Shown: one piece after another, positions 1-8,888 of the stretch
Position numbering within the stretch: the first letter of the stretch is position 1
How the letters are laid out: each line of letters opens with the position of its first letter
Source of the DNA: Myxococcota bacterium
Lineage (GTDB): Bacteria > Myxococcota_A > UBA9160 > UBA4427
Length of the DNA stretch: 64,000 nt
Direction: 5' to 3'
NCBI GenBank assembly: GCA_036336835.1
Contig: JAYZFK010000046.1
Span: 32,001 to 96,000 of the forward strand
Notes under the pieces: model-generated
Databases searched by the model: none
Seen by the model: only the letters and a program-made list of their open reading frames with translations
Told to the model about the DNA's origin: nothing
Made by a program: the position numbers and the translations under genes

Positions 1-799
1 GCAGAAGAGCCGCTATCTCACAAAGATCGCCGCCGGCGAGCTGATCGCGGCGCTCGCCTTCAGCGAGGCGTCCGGTCAGAACGACGTCGAGTCCGCGGCC
101 ACGACGCTGCAGGGGGGCAAGGTCACAGGAACCAAGCTCCCCGTGATCGATGGCGGCACAGCCGACACGGTGCTCGTGGCCGCGAACAGCGACGCCGGTC
201 TCTCGCTCGCACTCGTCGACCTCACCGGCAAGGGCGTCACCCGCGAGCCGCTCGAGTCGATCGACCCGAGCCGCCCGCTTGCCAGGCTCAACTTCGACGG
301 CGCGCCCGCGGAGCTGCTGGGCGCCGAGGGCGAGGGCGCAGCGCTCGCCAGCGACGTGCTCGACCGTGCGGCGGTGTTGATGGCCTTCGAGCAGCTCGGC
401 AGCGCGACACGCGCGCTCGAGATGACGCGCGAGTTCGTAATGGATCGTTATGCGTTCGGCCGGCCGATCGCATCGTTCCAGGCGGTCAAGCATCGCCTGG
501 CCGACCTGTGGTGCGAGATCGAGCTCGCGCGCAGCAATTGCTATTGGGCCGCCTGGGCGCTCGATACCGATGACAGCGAGCTCGAGCTGGCCGCCTGCTC
601 GGCTCGCATCTCGGCGACGAAGGCGCTCGACCTCGCAACGGTCGAGATGATCCAGCTGTACGGCGGAGTCGGCTACACCTGGGAGTACGACTGCCATCTG
701 TTCTATCGGCGATCGCGCCTGCTGGGCGCGGCGCTCGGCGGCTCCTCCGCGTGGCGCGACCGGCTGGTCGGCCGCGTCGATGCGCGCGCGGCCGCCTGA
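1..799 (+). CDS. acyl-CoA dehydrogenase family protein (5' truncated by window edge)
   Basis: Frame is open from position 2 (QKSRYLTKIAAGELIAALAFSE...). ACAD motifs R-YAFGRPIASFQAVKH and QLYGGVGYTWEY. Confidence 0.9.
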   Translation, partial: QKSRYLTKIAAGELIAALAFSEASGQNDVESAATTLQGGKVTGTKLPVIDGGTADTVLVAANSDAGLSLALVDLTGKGVTREPLESIDPSRPLARLNFDGAPAELLGAEGEGAALASDVLDRAAVLMAFEQLGSATRALEMTREFVMDRYAFGRPIASFQAVKHRLADLWCEIELARSNCYWAAWALDTDDSELELAACSARISATKALDLATVEMIQLYGGVGYTWEYDCHLFYRRSRLLGAALGGSSAWRDRLVGRVDARAAA

Positions 800-848
800 G
801 CCGATACGCCGACCACGATCAGACGAATCGAATACATGGAGCAAAACG

Positions 849-2078
849 ATGGATTTGAATGACACCCCCGAAGAGGCCTCTTTTCGCGCCGAGGCGCGCG
901 CATTCCTGGAACAGCATCTGGAGCTCCTGCCGCCGGGCACCCTCAGGCGCGGACTGGCCGAGAACCTGACGGCCGAGGCGGTCGCCGAGGCCCAGGCTTG
1001 GCAGAAGACCAAGGCCGACGGCGGTTGGGCGTGCATCAACTGGCCGGAGGAGTACGGCGGCCGCGGAGCGAGCCCGATCCAGAAGCTGATCTGGGGACAG
1101 GAAGAGGCGCAGTACGAGCACCCGAACACCACCGTGTTCTCGATCGGCACTGGCATGGCCGGGCCCACGATCCTTGCCCACGGGACCGACGAGCAGAAGG
1201 CGGAGTGGATCCCGAAGCTGGTCACGGGCGAAGAGATCTGGTGTCAGCTGTTCAGCGAGCCCTCGGCGGGCAGTGATCTCGCCGGACTGCGCACCTCGGC
1301 CGTCCGCGACGGTGACGAGTGGGTGCTCAACGGCCAGAAGATCTGGACCAGCGGTGCAAACTGGTGCAAGTGGGGCGTGATCGTGACGCGCAGCGATCCC
1401 AACGCCGCAAAGCACGCCGGCCTCACGTACTTCGTAGTCGACATGAGCGACCCGGGCATCGAAATCCGCCCGATCACGCAGATCAACGGCGGGCAGGGCT
1501 TCAACGAGGTGTTCTTCACCGATGTGCGCATCCCCGATGCCTGGCGTCTCGACGAGGTGGGCAATGGTTGGCGCGTCGCGATCACGACACTGATGAACGA
1601 GCGCGTCTCGATCGGCTCGGCGGGCGGCGAGAGCATGATCAGCTCGTTGATCGAGCACGTTCAAGAGCTGAAAATCAACGGCGGACGAGCGCTCGACGAC
1701 CCCGCGGTTCGACAACGCGTCGCAGACTTCTACGTCCGCAGCAAGGGTGTCGAGTTCACCGGACACCGCACAGTGACGAAGCTGTCGCAGGGCGGCATCC
1801 CCGGGCCCGAGGCGAGCCTCGGCAAGCTCATCGCCGGCGCCCTGATTCAGGACATCGCGAGCTACGCGATGGATCTCGAGGGCCAGGCGGGCTCGATCAT
1901 GGCCGACTCGGGCTTCCAGGCGAGCTATCTGGGCAGCCCGGGCCTGCGCATCGCCGGCGGCACGGACGAGGTCCTGCGCAACATCATCGCCGAGCGAGTC
2001 CTGGGGCTCCCTCCCGAAACGCGAATGGACAAGGACATCGCCTTCAAGAACATCCCCACAGGCCCGCCCAGCAAGTAG
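849..2078 (+). CDS. acyl-CoA dehydrogenase family protein
   Basis: GGAG then ATG 849 (MDLNDTPEE). Motifs WCQLFSEPSAGSDL, NGQKIWTS, IAGGTDEVLRNIIAERVLGLP. Confidence 0.93.
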   Translation: MDLNDTPEEASFRAEARAFLEQHLELLPPGTLRRGLAENLTAEAVAEAQAWQKTKADGGWACINWPEEYGGRGASPIQKLIWGQEEAQYEHPNTTVFSIGTGMAGPTILAHGTDEQKAEWIPKLVTGEEIWCQLFSEPSAGSDLAGLRTSAVRDGDEWVLNGQKIWTSGANWCKWGVIVTRSDPNAAKHAGLTYFVVDMSDPGIEIRPITQINGGQGFNEVFFTDVRIPDAWRLDEVGNGWRVAITTLMNERVSIGSAGGESMISSLIEHVQELKINGGRALDDPAVRQRVADFYVRSKGVEFTGHRTVTKLSQGGIPGPEASLGKLIAGALIQDIASYAMDLEGQAGSIMADSGFQASYLGSPGLRIAGGTDEVLRNIIAERVLGLPPETRMDKDIAFKNIPTGPPSK

Positions 2079-2119
2079 CCGGCCGAAGAGCGGGCGGGAC
2101 CCGGGCCTCACGAACCAGG

Positions 2120-3928
2120 ATGGTTGCAATGCGCGTATCGAGTCTCGTTCTCGGATTGATCCTCCTCGGCTGTGGCGGGGCGGAGATGCCTCCCGAGGCG
2201 GATCCGGCCTCACGGCGGACGCTGGTCTCGGGCGACGTGGTCGGCTATTCGCATCCCGACCGGCCGGCACACGTCTGGAAGGGAATTCCCTTCGCCAAGC
2301 CGCCGACCGCGCAGCTTCGCTGGCGCGCGCCCGTGCCGCCCGAGCGCTGGGAGGGTGTGCGCCAGGCGACCGTCTCCGGCAATGAGTGCGTGCAGCTCGC
2401 CATGACGGATCCGACCGAGATCACCGGCGACGAGGATTGTCTGGTCCTCGACGTCTATGCGCCGCGGTTCGCGCCGGACGCGGTGCCGACGGGCCGCGAC
2501 CGCAAGCCCGTCATGGTGTTCATCCACGGCGGCGGCAATTCGATCGGAAGCGCGGTCGTATACGATGCGTCCCGACTCGCGGTCGAGGGCGACGTGATCG
2601 TGATCCCGATCCAGTACCGCCTCGGCGTCCTCGGCTGGCTCAGCCACCCGGCGCTGCGCGCGGGTGCCGCGACCGCAGACGACGCATCGGGCAACTTCGG
2701 CACGCTCGACACGATCCGCGCGCTCGAGTGGGTTCGCGACAACGTGGCCCGCTTCGGTGGCGACCCCGACAACGTGACGATCTTCGGCGAGTCGGCCGGT
2801 GGCATCAACGTGTTCGCGCTGTTGCTCTCGCCGCGCGCGAACGGCCTGTTTCACAGAGCGATCTCACAGAGCGGCATCCTGATGAGCACGCCGGTTTCAC
2901 AGGCCGAGGCGTTTGCCGACGACGACCCGCGCGACGCAGGCTCGGGCGAGTTCCTGCTCCGGTATCTGGTGCACGATGGTACGGCCCCGGACCGGGAGGC
3001 GGCGAAGACCGCGCTGGCCGCGCTCGGACACGATGAGATCGAGGCCTATCTGCGCGGCAAGAGCACGGCCGAGCTACTCGCGATCTTCCAGGACACGATG
3101 ATGGGCGGGATGTACTTCGTCCCGCAGATCTTCCGAGACGGTCACGTGATCCGCGACGCGGAGCCGCTGGAAGCCTTCGCCGATCCCTCCGGTCACAACG
3201 CCGTCCCGACGATTGCGGGAACGAATCGCGAGGAGACCAAGCTCTTCGCGCTCGCGGGCTCGCCGAACGTCTCGACGCTGTTCGGCCTGCCGACGCGGGT
3301 GAACGACCAGCGCGGCTTCGACCTCGAGGGTGAGTACGGCGGCCTGCTGTGGAAGGCGCAGGGGTCGGATGAGCCAATGGCCGCGCTGCGACGTGCCGGC
3401 CGCGAGGATATCTGGAGCTACCGGTTCGACTGGGACGAAGAGGGGAGCCTGCTGTGGCTCGACCTGTCCAAGCTGATCGGCGCGTCTCACGCGGTCGAAA
3501 TGCTCTTCGTGTTCGGATTCACTGATCTCGGCCGATGGACCGACAGCGTCTTCGCCGATCCGCCCTCGGCCACGCGCCTGTCCGAGCAGATGCGCTCCTA
3601 CTGGACGGGCTTCGCGCGCACCGGCAACCCCGGCAGCGGTGCCGACGGCACGCTCACAACCTGGGAGCCCTGGAGCGACGGCCGCTACCTGCTGTTCGAC
3701 AGCGCCGACGGCGGCGGGCTGCGGATGGCCGACGAGACGGCCACAGTCGAGTCGGTCGTCGCGCGCCTGGAGTCCGACGACCGGGTCATCGACACCGAGG
3801 AACGCTGCGCGCTCTACCGGGGGCTCGTGCTGTGGAGCGGCGCCTTCGAGAGCGAGGATTACGAAGCCTTCGTCGATGGGGCCTGCAAGCCGTGGCCCCT
3901 GGACCTCGGGGCGATCGCCGGCAACTGA
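2120..3928 (+). CDS. type-B carboxylesterase/lipase, predicted lipoprotein
   Basis: Motifs GIPFAKPP, EDCL, HGGG, catalytic GESAG and C-terminal HAVE. N-terminal hydrophobic stretch ends in LLG-C lipobox. Start is 2120 or 2129. Confidence 0.9.
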   Translation: MVAMRVSSLVLGLILLGCGGAEMPPEADPASRRTLVSGDVVGYSHPDRPAHVWKGIPFAKPPTAQLRWRAPVPPERWEGVRQATVSGNECVQLAMTDPTEITGDEDCLVLDVYAPRFAPDAVPTGRDRKPVMVFIHGGGNSIGSAVVYDASRLAVEGDVIVIPIQYRLGVLGWLSHPALRAGAATADDASGNFGTLDTIRALEWVRDNVARFGGDPDNVTIFGESAGGINVFALLLSPRANGLFHRAISQSGILMSTPVSQAEAFADDDPRDAGSGEFLLRYLVHDGTAPDREAAKTALAALGHDEIEAYLRGKSTAELLAIFQDTMMGGMYFVPQIFRDGHVIRDAEPLEAFADPSGHNAVPTIAGTNREETKLFALAGSPNVSTLFGLPTRVNDQRGFDLEGEYGGLLWKAQGSDEPMAALRRAGREDIWSYRFDWDEEGSLLWLDLSKLIGASHAVEMLFVFGFTDLGRWTDSVFADPPSATRLSEQMRSYWTGFARTGNPGSGADGTLTTWEPWSDGRYLLFDSADGGGLRMADETATVESVVARLESDDRVIDTEERCALYRGLVLWSGAFESEDYEAFVDGACKPWPLDLGAIAGN

Positions 3929-4011
3929 GCCATGGGACCCGCACTCGCCGGGAAACGACGTACGGACGAGTCCGGAGTTCGCCGATAGGAAGCCAGGACA
4001 GTGGAGGGCCG

Positions 4012-5745
4012 ATGGACTCGAGCCGGCTCGGACCCGAACACCGCCGCGAGACGATCGAGCGACTCCGCGAGGAGCGATTCGACATCGTCGTAGTGGGCGG
4101 CGGCGTCACCGGCTGCGGCACGGCGCTCGACGCGGCCACACGCGGCCTGAGCGTCGCCCTGATCGAGCAACGCGACTGGGGCGCCGGCACCTCCAGCCGC
4201 AGCAGCAAGCTGATCCACGGCGGCCTCCGTTATCTCGAGCAGCTCGAGTTCGGGCTGGTTCGCGAGGCACTGCGCGAGCAGGCGCTGATGCTGAGCCGGT
4301 TGTGCCCGCACCTGGTGCGGCCGGTGCCCTTCCTGTTCCCACTGAGACGTCGTTTCTGGGAGCGCGCCTACATCGGCGCCGGCACCCTGCTCGACGACAT
4401 CCTGGGTGGCAAGCGCGCCCTGCCCGGCCACCGGCACCACTCGCGGACCAGCGCCATCCGACGCTTCCCGAGCCTGCGGCGCGACGCGCTCGTGGGCGCG
4501 ATCGAGTACTACGACGCCCTGGTGGACGACGCGCGCCACACGGCCACGCTGGCGCGCACCGCTGCCCGATTCGGCGCGGCTGTCGTGACCAGCACGCGTG
4601 TCACGGACTTCCTCGAGGCAGGTGGCCACGTGACCGGTGTCGCCGCGCGGTGTCTCGAGACCGGCGAAGAGCTCGAGGTGCAGGGCTCACGCATCATCAA
4701 CGCGACCGGCGTCTGGACCGATCGCGTGCAGCACATGGCCGACCGCGGACGCATCCGCGTTCGCGCATCGAAGGGCATCCATCTCGTCGTCCCCCGCGAC
4801 CGCATCCACGGCGATTCCGGCCTCATCCTGCGCACCAAGTCGAGCGTGCTGTTCGTGATCCCGTGGGATCAGCACTGGATCATCGGAACGACCGACACCG
4901 ACTGGAACCTCGATCTCGATCACCCGGCCGCGAGCCGGCGCGACATCTCCTACCTGCTCGGCGAGCTCAACCGTGTCCTGCGAGACCCACTCGATAGCAG
5001 CGACATCGAGGGTGTCTACGCCGGTCTGCGGCCCTTGCTGTCCGGCGAGACCGACAGCACCAGCCAGCTCTCGCGCGAGCACGCTGTCTCGGAATCCGCA
5101 TCTGGGTTGATCAGCGTCGCGGGCGGCAAGTACACCACCTATCGCGTGATGGCCAAGGATGCGGTCGACCTCGCGGCAAGCAAGCTGTCGCAGCGCGTCC
5201 CGGACTCGGTCACGCACCGCACGCTGCTCGCCGGTGCCGCGGGCTACTTCGCCACCTGGAATCAGCGCGAACGGATCGCGGCCGAGCACGATCTGCCACT
5301 CGCCCACGTCGAGCACCTGATCGGGCGCTACGGCTCGCTGATCGACGAGCTACTCGCGCTGATGCGCGAGCGCTCCGAGCTGCGCGAGCCGATCGACGGC
5401 GCACCGGGCTACCTGCGCGCCGAAGCCGTCTACGCCGCCTCGCACGAGGGCGCCCTTCACCTCGAGGATGTGCTCACGCGCCGCACGCGGATCTCGATCG
5501 AGACCTTCGACCGCGGCAAACGCGCCGCGCGCGAGGTCGTCGCGCTGATGGGAGGCATCCTCGACTGGGATGACGCGACCCGCCGACGCGAGCTCGAGCA
5601 CTACGACAAGCGCGTCGAGGCCGAGCGCGAGTCGCAGGAGCAGCCCGACGACCAGACCGCTGATGCCGCGCGCCTCGGTGCGCCCGACGTCCGCACGGGC
5701 GGGGGCGGGGGCGGGGGCGGCGCCGACGTCGTGCGGATCAAGTAG
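4012..5745 (+). CDS. glpD: FAD-dependent glycerol-3-phosphate dehydrogenase/oxidase
   Basis: GGGVTG Rossmann motif, GTSSRSSKLIHGGLRYLE, AGLRPL, SREH, GGKYTTYR. GGAGG RBS before ATG 4012. Confidence 0.9.
   Translation: MDSSRLGPEHRRETIERLREERFDIVVVGGGVTGCGTALDAATRGLSVALIEQRDWGAGTSSRSSKLIHGGLRYLEQLEFGLVREALREQALMLSRLCPHLVRPVPFLFPLRRRFWERAYIGAGTLLDDILGGKRALPGHRHHSRTSAIRRFPSLRRDALVGAIEYYDALVDDARHTATLARTAARFGAAVVTSTRVTDFLEAGGHVTGVAARCLETGEELEVQGSRIINATGVWTDRVQHMADRGRIRVRASKGIHLVVPRDRIHGDSGLILRTKSSVLFVIPWDQHWIIGTTDTDWNLDLDHPAASRRDISYLLGELNRVLRDPLDSSDIEGVYAGLRPLLSGETDSTSQLSREHAVSESASGLISVAGGKYTTYRVMAKDAVDLAASKLSQRVPDSVTHRTLLAGAAGYFATWNQRERIAAEHDLPLAHVEHLIGRYGSLIDELLALMRERSELREPIDGAPGYLRAEAVYAASHEGALHLEDVLTRRTRISIETFDRGKRAAREVVALMGGILDWDDATRRRELEHYDKRVEAERESQEQPDDQTADAARLGAPDVRTGGGGGGGGADVVRIK
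5697..5720 (+). repeat. G-rich hexamer repeat (GGGGGC)n encoding a poly-Gly tract at the GlpD C-terminus
   Basis: Sequence gggc-gggggc-gggggc-gggggc-gg seen directly. Confidence 0.8.
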
Positions 5746-5756
5746 CAACGGCGCGC

Positions 5757-5795
5757 TGCCCAATCCCTGTGCAGGGGCTGCTTACCGGGCGGGCA
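5757..5795. promoter_or_regulatory. tandem NtrC-type enhancer sites
   Basis: TGCCC-N7-GTGCA (5757-5773) and TGCTT-N7-GGGCA (5779-5795) resemble the TGCAC-N7-GTGCA consensus. They are 22 bp apart, upstream of a sigma54 promoter and amtB. Confidence 0.7.
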
Positions 5796-5852
5796 GAACC
5801 GTGCAGATCCTGGCCCATACCGGGCATAGCGCGGCCAGGCACAGTGCAGCGC

Positions 5853-5868
5853 CGGCATATCGATTGCA
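5853..5868 (+). promoter_or_regulatory. sigma54 (-24/-12) promoter of amtB
   Basis: cGGCatatcgaTTGCa has the exact GG-N10-GC spacing with TTGC at -12. Confidence 0.75.
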
Positions 5869-5944
5869 CATCTCGGGCCCACTTCTTGGGCCCACTTATT
5901 CTTCATGGATACGGCCCCCATCACTGCCGTTTCCGGAGGACCGA

Positions 5945-7231
5945 ATGTTCACAACCGATCGCATGCGACGGGCTGCCGTTGCCGCTCTCCCCCTGCTCGG
6001 CCTGGCGGGACCCGCCTTCGCCGAAGACACGCTCAGCGCCGGCGACACCGCCTGGATCCTCACCAGCAGCGCCCTGGTGCTGATGATGACGATCCCCGGC
6101 CTCGCTCTCTTCTACGGAGGCCTGGTCCGGAGCAAGAACATTCTGTCAGTGCTGATGCAGTGCCTGCTCTCCGCCGGCTGGGTCACGGTGGTCTGGGTGC
6201 TGGTGGGCTACAGCATTGCGTTTGGCGGAGAGGGCATGTTCTGGGGCGGCCTCTCGAAGATGGGGATGAGCGGGGTCGGTCCCGACACTCTCAGCGGAAC
6301 GATTCCCGAATACGCCTTCTCCATGTTCCAGCTGATGTTCGCCATCATCACCCCGGCCCTGATGGTCGGGGCCTTTGCGGAGCGGATGAAGTTCTCTGCC
6401 TGGTTCGCCTTCCTGACCCTGTGGCTGATCTTCGTGTACTGCCCGCTTGCGCACATGGTGTGGGGCGACGGCGGTCTGATCGCGGGCTGGGGAGCGCTCG
6501 ACTTCGCCGGCGGTCTGGTGGTCCACATGTCCAGCGGATTCTCGGCCCTGGTCGCGGCTCTCTATCTCGGCAAGCGGAAGGGCTTCGGCAGCGAGGCGAT
6601 GCCGCCGCACAGCCTTCCGTTCACCGTGATCGGCGCGGCCCTGCTGTGGGTCGGCTGGTTCGGCTTCAACGCCGGGAGCTCGCTCGCGGCAGACGGCACC
6701 GCCGGGCTCGCCTTCTTCACCACCCAGACGGCCACCGGGATGGCGGTCGTGGGCTGGGTGGTGATCGAGTGGCTGCACCGCGGCAAGCCCACGGTGCTGG
6801 GCGGTGCGACGGCCGCCGTGGCAGGGCTCGTGGCGATCACGCCTGCTTGCGCCTTCGTGAGCCCGATGGGCGCGATCGGCGTGGGACTCGGCGCGGCGGT
6901 CTTCTGCTATGCGGCCGTCACCCTGCTCAAGCCGGCCATGGGCTACGACGACTCGCTCGACGTGTTCGGCGTGCACGGCATCGGCGGCGCCTGGGGCGCC
7001 CTGGCCGCGGGGCTCTTCACCTGGTCCGGCGCTACGGATGTCGTGAGCGGCCAGATCTTGATCCAGCTCAAGAGCATCGCCTTCACGGCGGTCTTCTGCG
7101 GCGGCATGACCATCGTGATCCTGGTCGTCCTCAAGGCGGTGATGGGTGACTTGCGCGTCGGCGAGGAGGAAGAGTCTCTGGGACTCGACCTGGCGGAGCA
7201 CTCGGAGACCGCGTACGACCGAATTGGCTGA
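5945..7231 (+). CDS. amtB: ammonium transporter (Amt family)
   Basis: Motifs PGLALFYGGLVRSKN, FQLMFAIIT, DFAGGLVVH, WVGWFGFNAGS, YDDSLDVFGVHG. Signal peptide. GGAGGA RBS. Confidence 0.96.
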   Translation: MFTTDRMRRAAVAALPLLGLAGPAFAEDTLSAGDTAWILTSSALVLMMTIPGLALFYGGLVRSKNILSVLMQCLLSAGWVTVVWVLVGYSIAFGGEGMFWGGLSKMGMSGVGPDTLSGTIPEYAFSMFQLMFAIITPALMVGAFAERMKFSAWFAFLTLWLIFVYCPLAHMVWGDGGLIAGWGALDFAGGLVVHMSSGFSALVAALYLGKRKGFGSEAMPPHSLPFTVIGAALLWVGWFGFNAGSSLAADGTAGLAFFTTQTATGMAVVGWVVIEWLHRGKPTVLGGATAAVAGLVAITPACAFVSPMGAIGVGLGAAVFCYAAVTLLKPAMGYDDSLDVFGVHGIGGAWGALAAGLFTWSGATDVVSGQILIQLKSIAFTAVFCGGMTIVILVVLKAVMGDLRVGEEEESLGLDLAEHSETAYDRIG

Positions 7232-7246
7232 CCGGCGCTAGCTCGA

Positions 7247-7285
7247 AGCGGCCTCCCGTGCGATTCTCGGCGCGGGGAGGCCGCT
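7247..7285. terminator. strong GC hairpin downstream of amtB (terminator or stability element, no U-tract)
   Basis: AGCGGCCTCCC...GGGAGGCCGCT forms a perfect 11-bp stem, extendable after a bulge. Confidence 0.55.
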
Positions 7286-7373
7286 CATGCTCGTGTCGCT
7301 CGCAGCCGTCGAGACCGCTCCGATCGTCGAGGATCCGCGCGCGCACCACGCTGTCGGCAAAGGCTGATCCAGC

Positions 7374-7673
7374 ATGCCGCTCTTCTGCTATGTCGGGTAC
7401 GACGGACCGTCGGGGCTCGCAAGGCGCCCCGACGTGCGTCCGCAGCACCTCGCGCACATGCAGCCGCTCGCCGAGGCCGGTCGCATCCGGTACGCGGGGC
7501 CGCTGCTCGACGAGCAAGGAGATCCCCGCGGAAGCCTGGTCGTGCTCGAAGCGGCGGACTACCACGAGGCCCGGCGAATCGCCGAAACCGATCCCTATCT
7601 CGAGCAGGGGGTGTTCGAGCGCGTCGACGTCTACCAGACGCGGCAGGTGCTCCCGGACCCGAGCGAAGACTGA
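7374..7673 (+). CDS. YciI family protein
   Basis: 99 aa with R-xx-VRPQHLAH, AGPLLD, GSLVV and DPY motifs. Confidence 0.9.
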   Translation: MPLFCYVGYDGPSGLARRPDVRPQHLAHMQPLAEAGRIRYAGPLLDEQGDPRGSLVVLEAADYHEARRIAETDPYLEQGVFERVDVYQTRQVLPDPSED

Positions 7674-7676
7674 TCC

Positions 7677-8888
7677 ATGCGGGTCGCCTCCGCGCTCTCC
7701 CAGCACGTCGAAACCAGCCAGGCCGTCGTCCAGGCGCTCGAGTCGATCCACCGCGAGCTGGAGGGCGCCGATCCCGACCTGCTCGTACTGTTCGTCTCCG
7801 AGCACCACACCCGTCGGTTCGACGCCATCGCCCGTTCGCTGCGCGACACCTGGCCACGGACGTGCCTGATCGGTTGCGGTGCCAGCAGCGTGATCGGAGC
7901 GGGCCGCGAGATCGAGGGCACGCCGTCGATCGGATTGCTCGCGGCCCGGCTGCCCGGAGTCGAGCTCGCACCCTTCCACATCGAGGCCGACGCGCTCGCC
8001 GACCCTCCTGCGGCGTTGCGCGAGCGACTCTGCGCCCCGCCGCCCGCCGGCGCCGGTGCCACCAGTGTGCTGCTGCTCGCGGACCCGTACTCATCGGGCA
8101 CGGATGTCCTGTTGGCGGGCCTGGACCGCGCCCTGCCGGGCGCCAGCGTGCTGGGCGGGGTGGCCAGCGGCAGCCCGGGACCGGGCCGCGCCGCGCTCGT
8201 TGCGGGGGATGCCTCCACGCGCCAGGGCTGGGTGGGCGCCACGATGCACGGAGCGATCGACTTCCAGACGGTGGTGGCGCAGGGCTGTCGGCCGATCGGC
8301 ACGCCGATGTTCGTCACCCGGGGCCAGGACAACCTGATCCACGAGCTCGACGGCCACCCACCGATGCAGATCGTCCAGCAGCTGTTCGAGGAAGGCGATG
8401 CCCGCGAGCGAGCGCTCATCCAGAGCTCGCTGTTCATCGGAATCCAGATGCAGGCCGGGCGCACCGAGTACGGCCAGGGCGACTTCCTGGTGCGCAACCT
8501 GGCCGGAGCGGACGAGGACACCGGCGCCATCGCCGTAGGGGCCGAGATCGACAGCAACTTCGTCGTCCAGTTCCACCTGCGCGATGCCCACACGGCGAGC
8601 GAGGACCTCGAGCTCGCGCTCCGCAGCCGCACCCGGCTGCGCGAGCGGTTGCGCGGCGCCCTGCTGTTCTCCTGCCTCGGACGCGGTCGGGGATTGTACG
8701 GCATCGAAAACCACGACAGCGACCTGCTGAACAGCCATCTCGGTCCGGTCCCGCTCGCTGGTTTCTTCGGCAATGGCGAGATCGGCCAGGTCGAGGGCCG
8801 CACCTATCTGCACTCCTACACGAGCGCCTTCGGTCTACTGTGCGAGCCCGAGGCGGCGCCCCGCTCAGTTGCCCGCCGGCTCCAGTAG
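7677..8888 (+). CDS. stand-alone FIST N/C domain protein
   Basis: Motifs LLADP, GGVAS, VAQGCRPIG, FHLRDA, LLFSCLGRG, GFFGNGEIG, LHSYT. Confidence 0.88.
   Translation: MRVASALSQHVETSQAVVQALESIHRELEGADPDLLVLFVSEHHTRRFDAIARSLRDTWPRTCLIGCGASSVIGAGREIEGTPSIGLLAARLPGVELAPFHIEADALADPPAALRERLCAPPPAGAGATSVLLLADPYSSGTDVLLAGLDRALPGASVLGGVASGSPGPGRAALVAGDASTRQGWVGATMHGAIDFQTVVAQGCRPIGTPMFVTRGQDNLIHELDGHPPMQIVQQLFEEGDARERALIQSSLFIGIQMQAGRTEYGQGDFLVRNLAGADEDTGAIAVGAEIDSNFVVQFHLRDAHTASEDLELALRSRTRLRERLRGALLFSCLGRGRGLYGIENHDSDLLNSHLGPVPLAGFFGNGEIGQVEGRTYLHSYTSAFGLLCEPEAAPRSVARRLQ

Noticed and set aside
3981..3988. GCCGATAG, a sigma28-like -10 element before glpD
   Set aside because: No matching -35 at the expected spacing, and the motif is likely by chance in GC-rich DNA.
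1319..5944. Long N-terminal extensions in the ORF track (esterase from 1319, glpD from 3535, amtB from 5570, and similar cases elsewhere)
   Set aside because: They overlap upstream genes and lack homology-like sequence. Downstream starts have an RBS, signal peptide or family-typical N-terminus.
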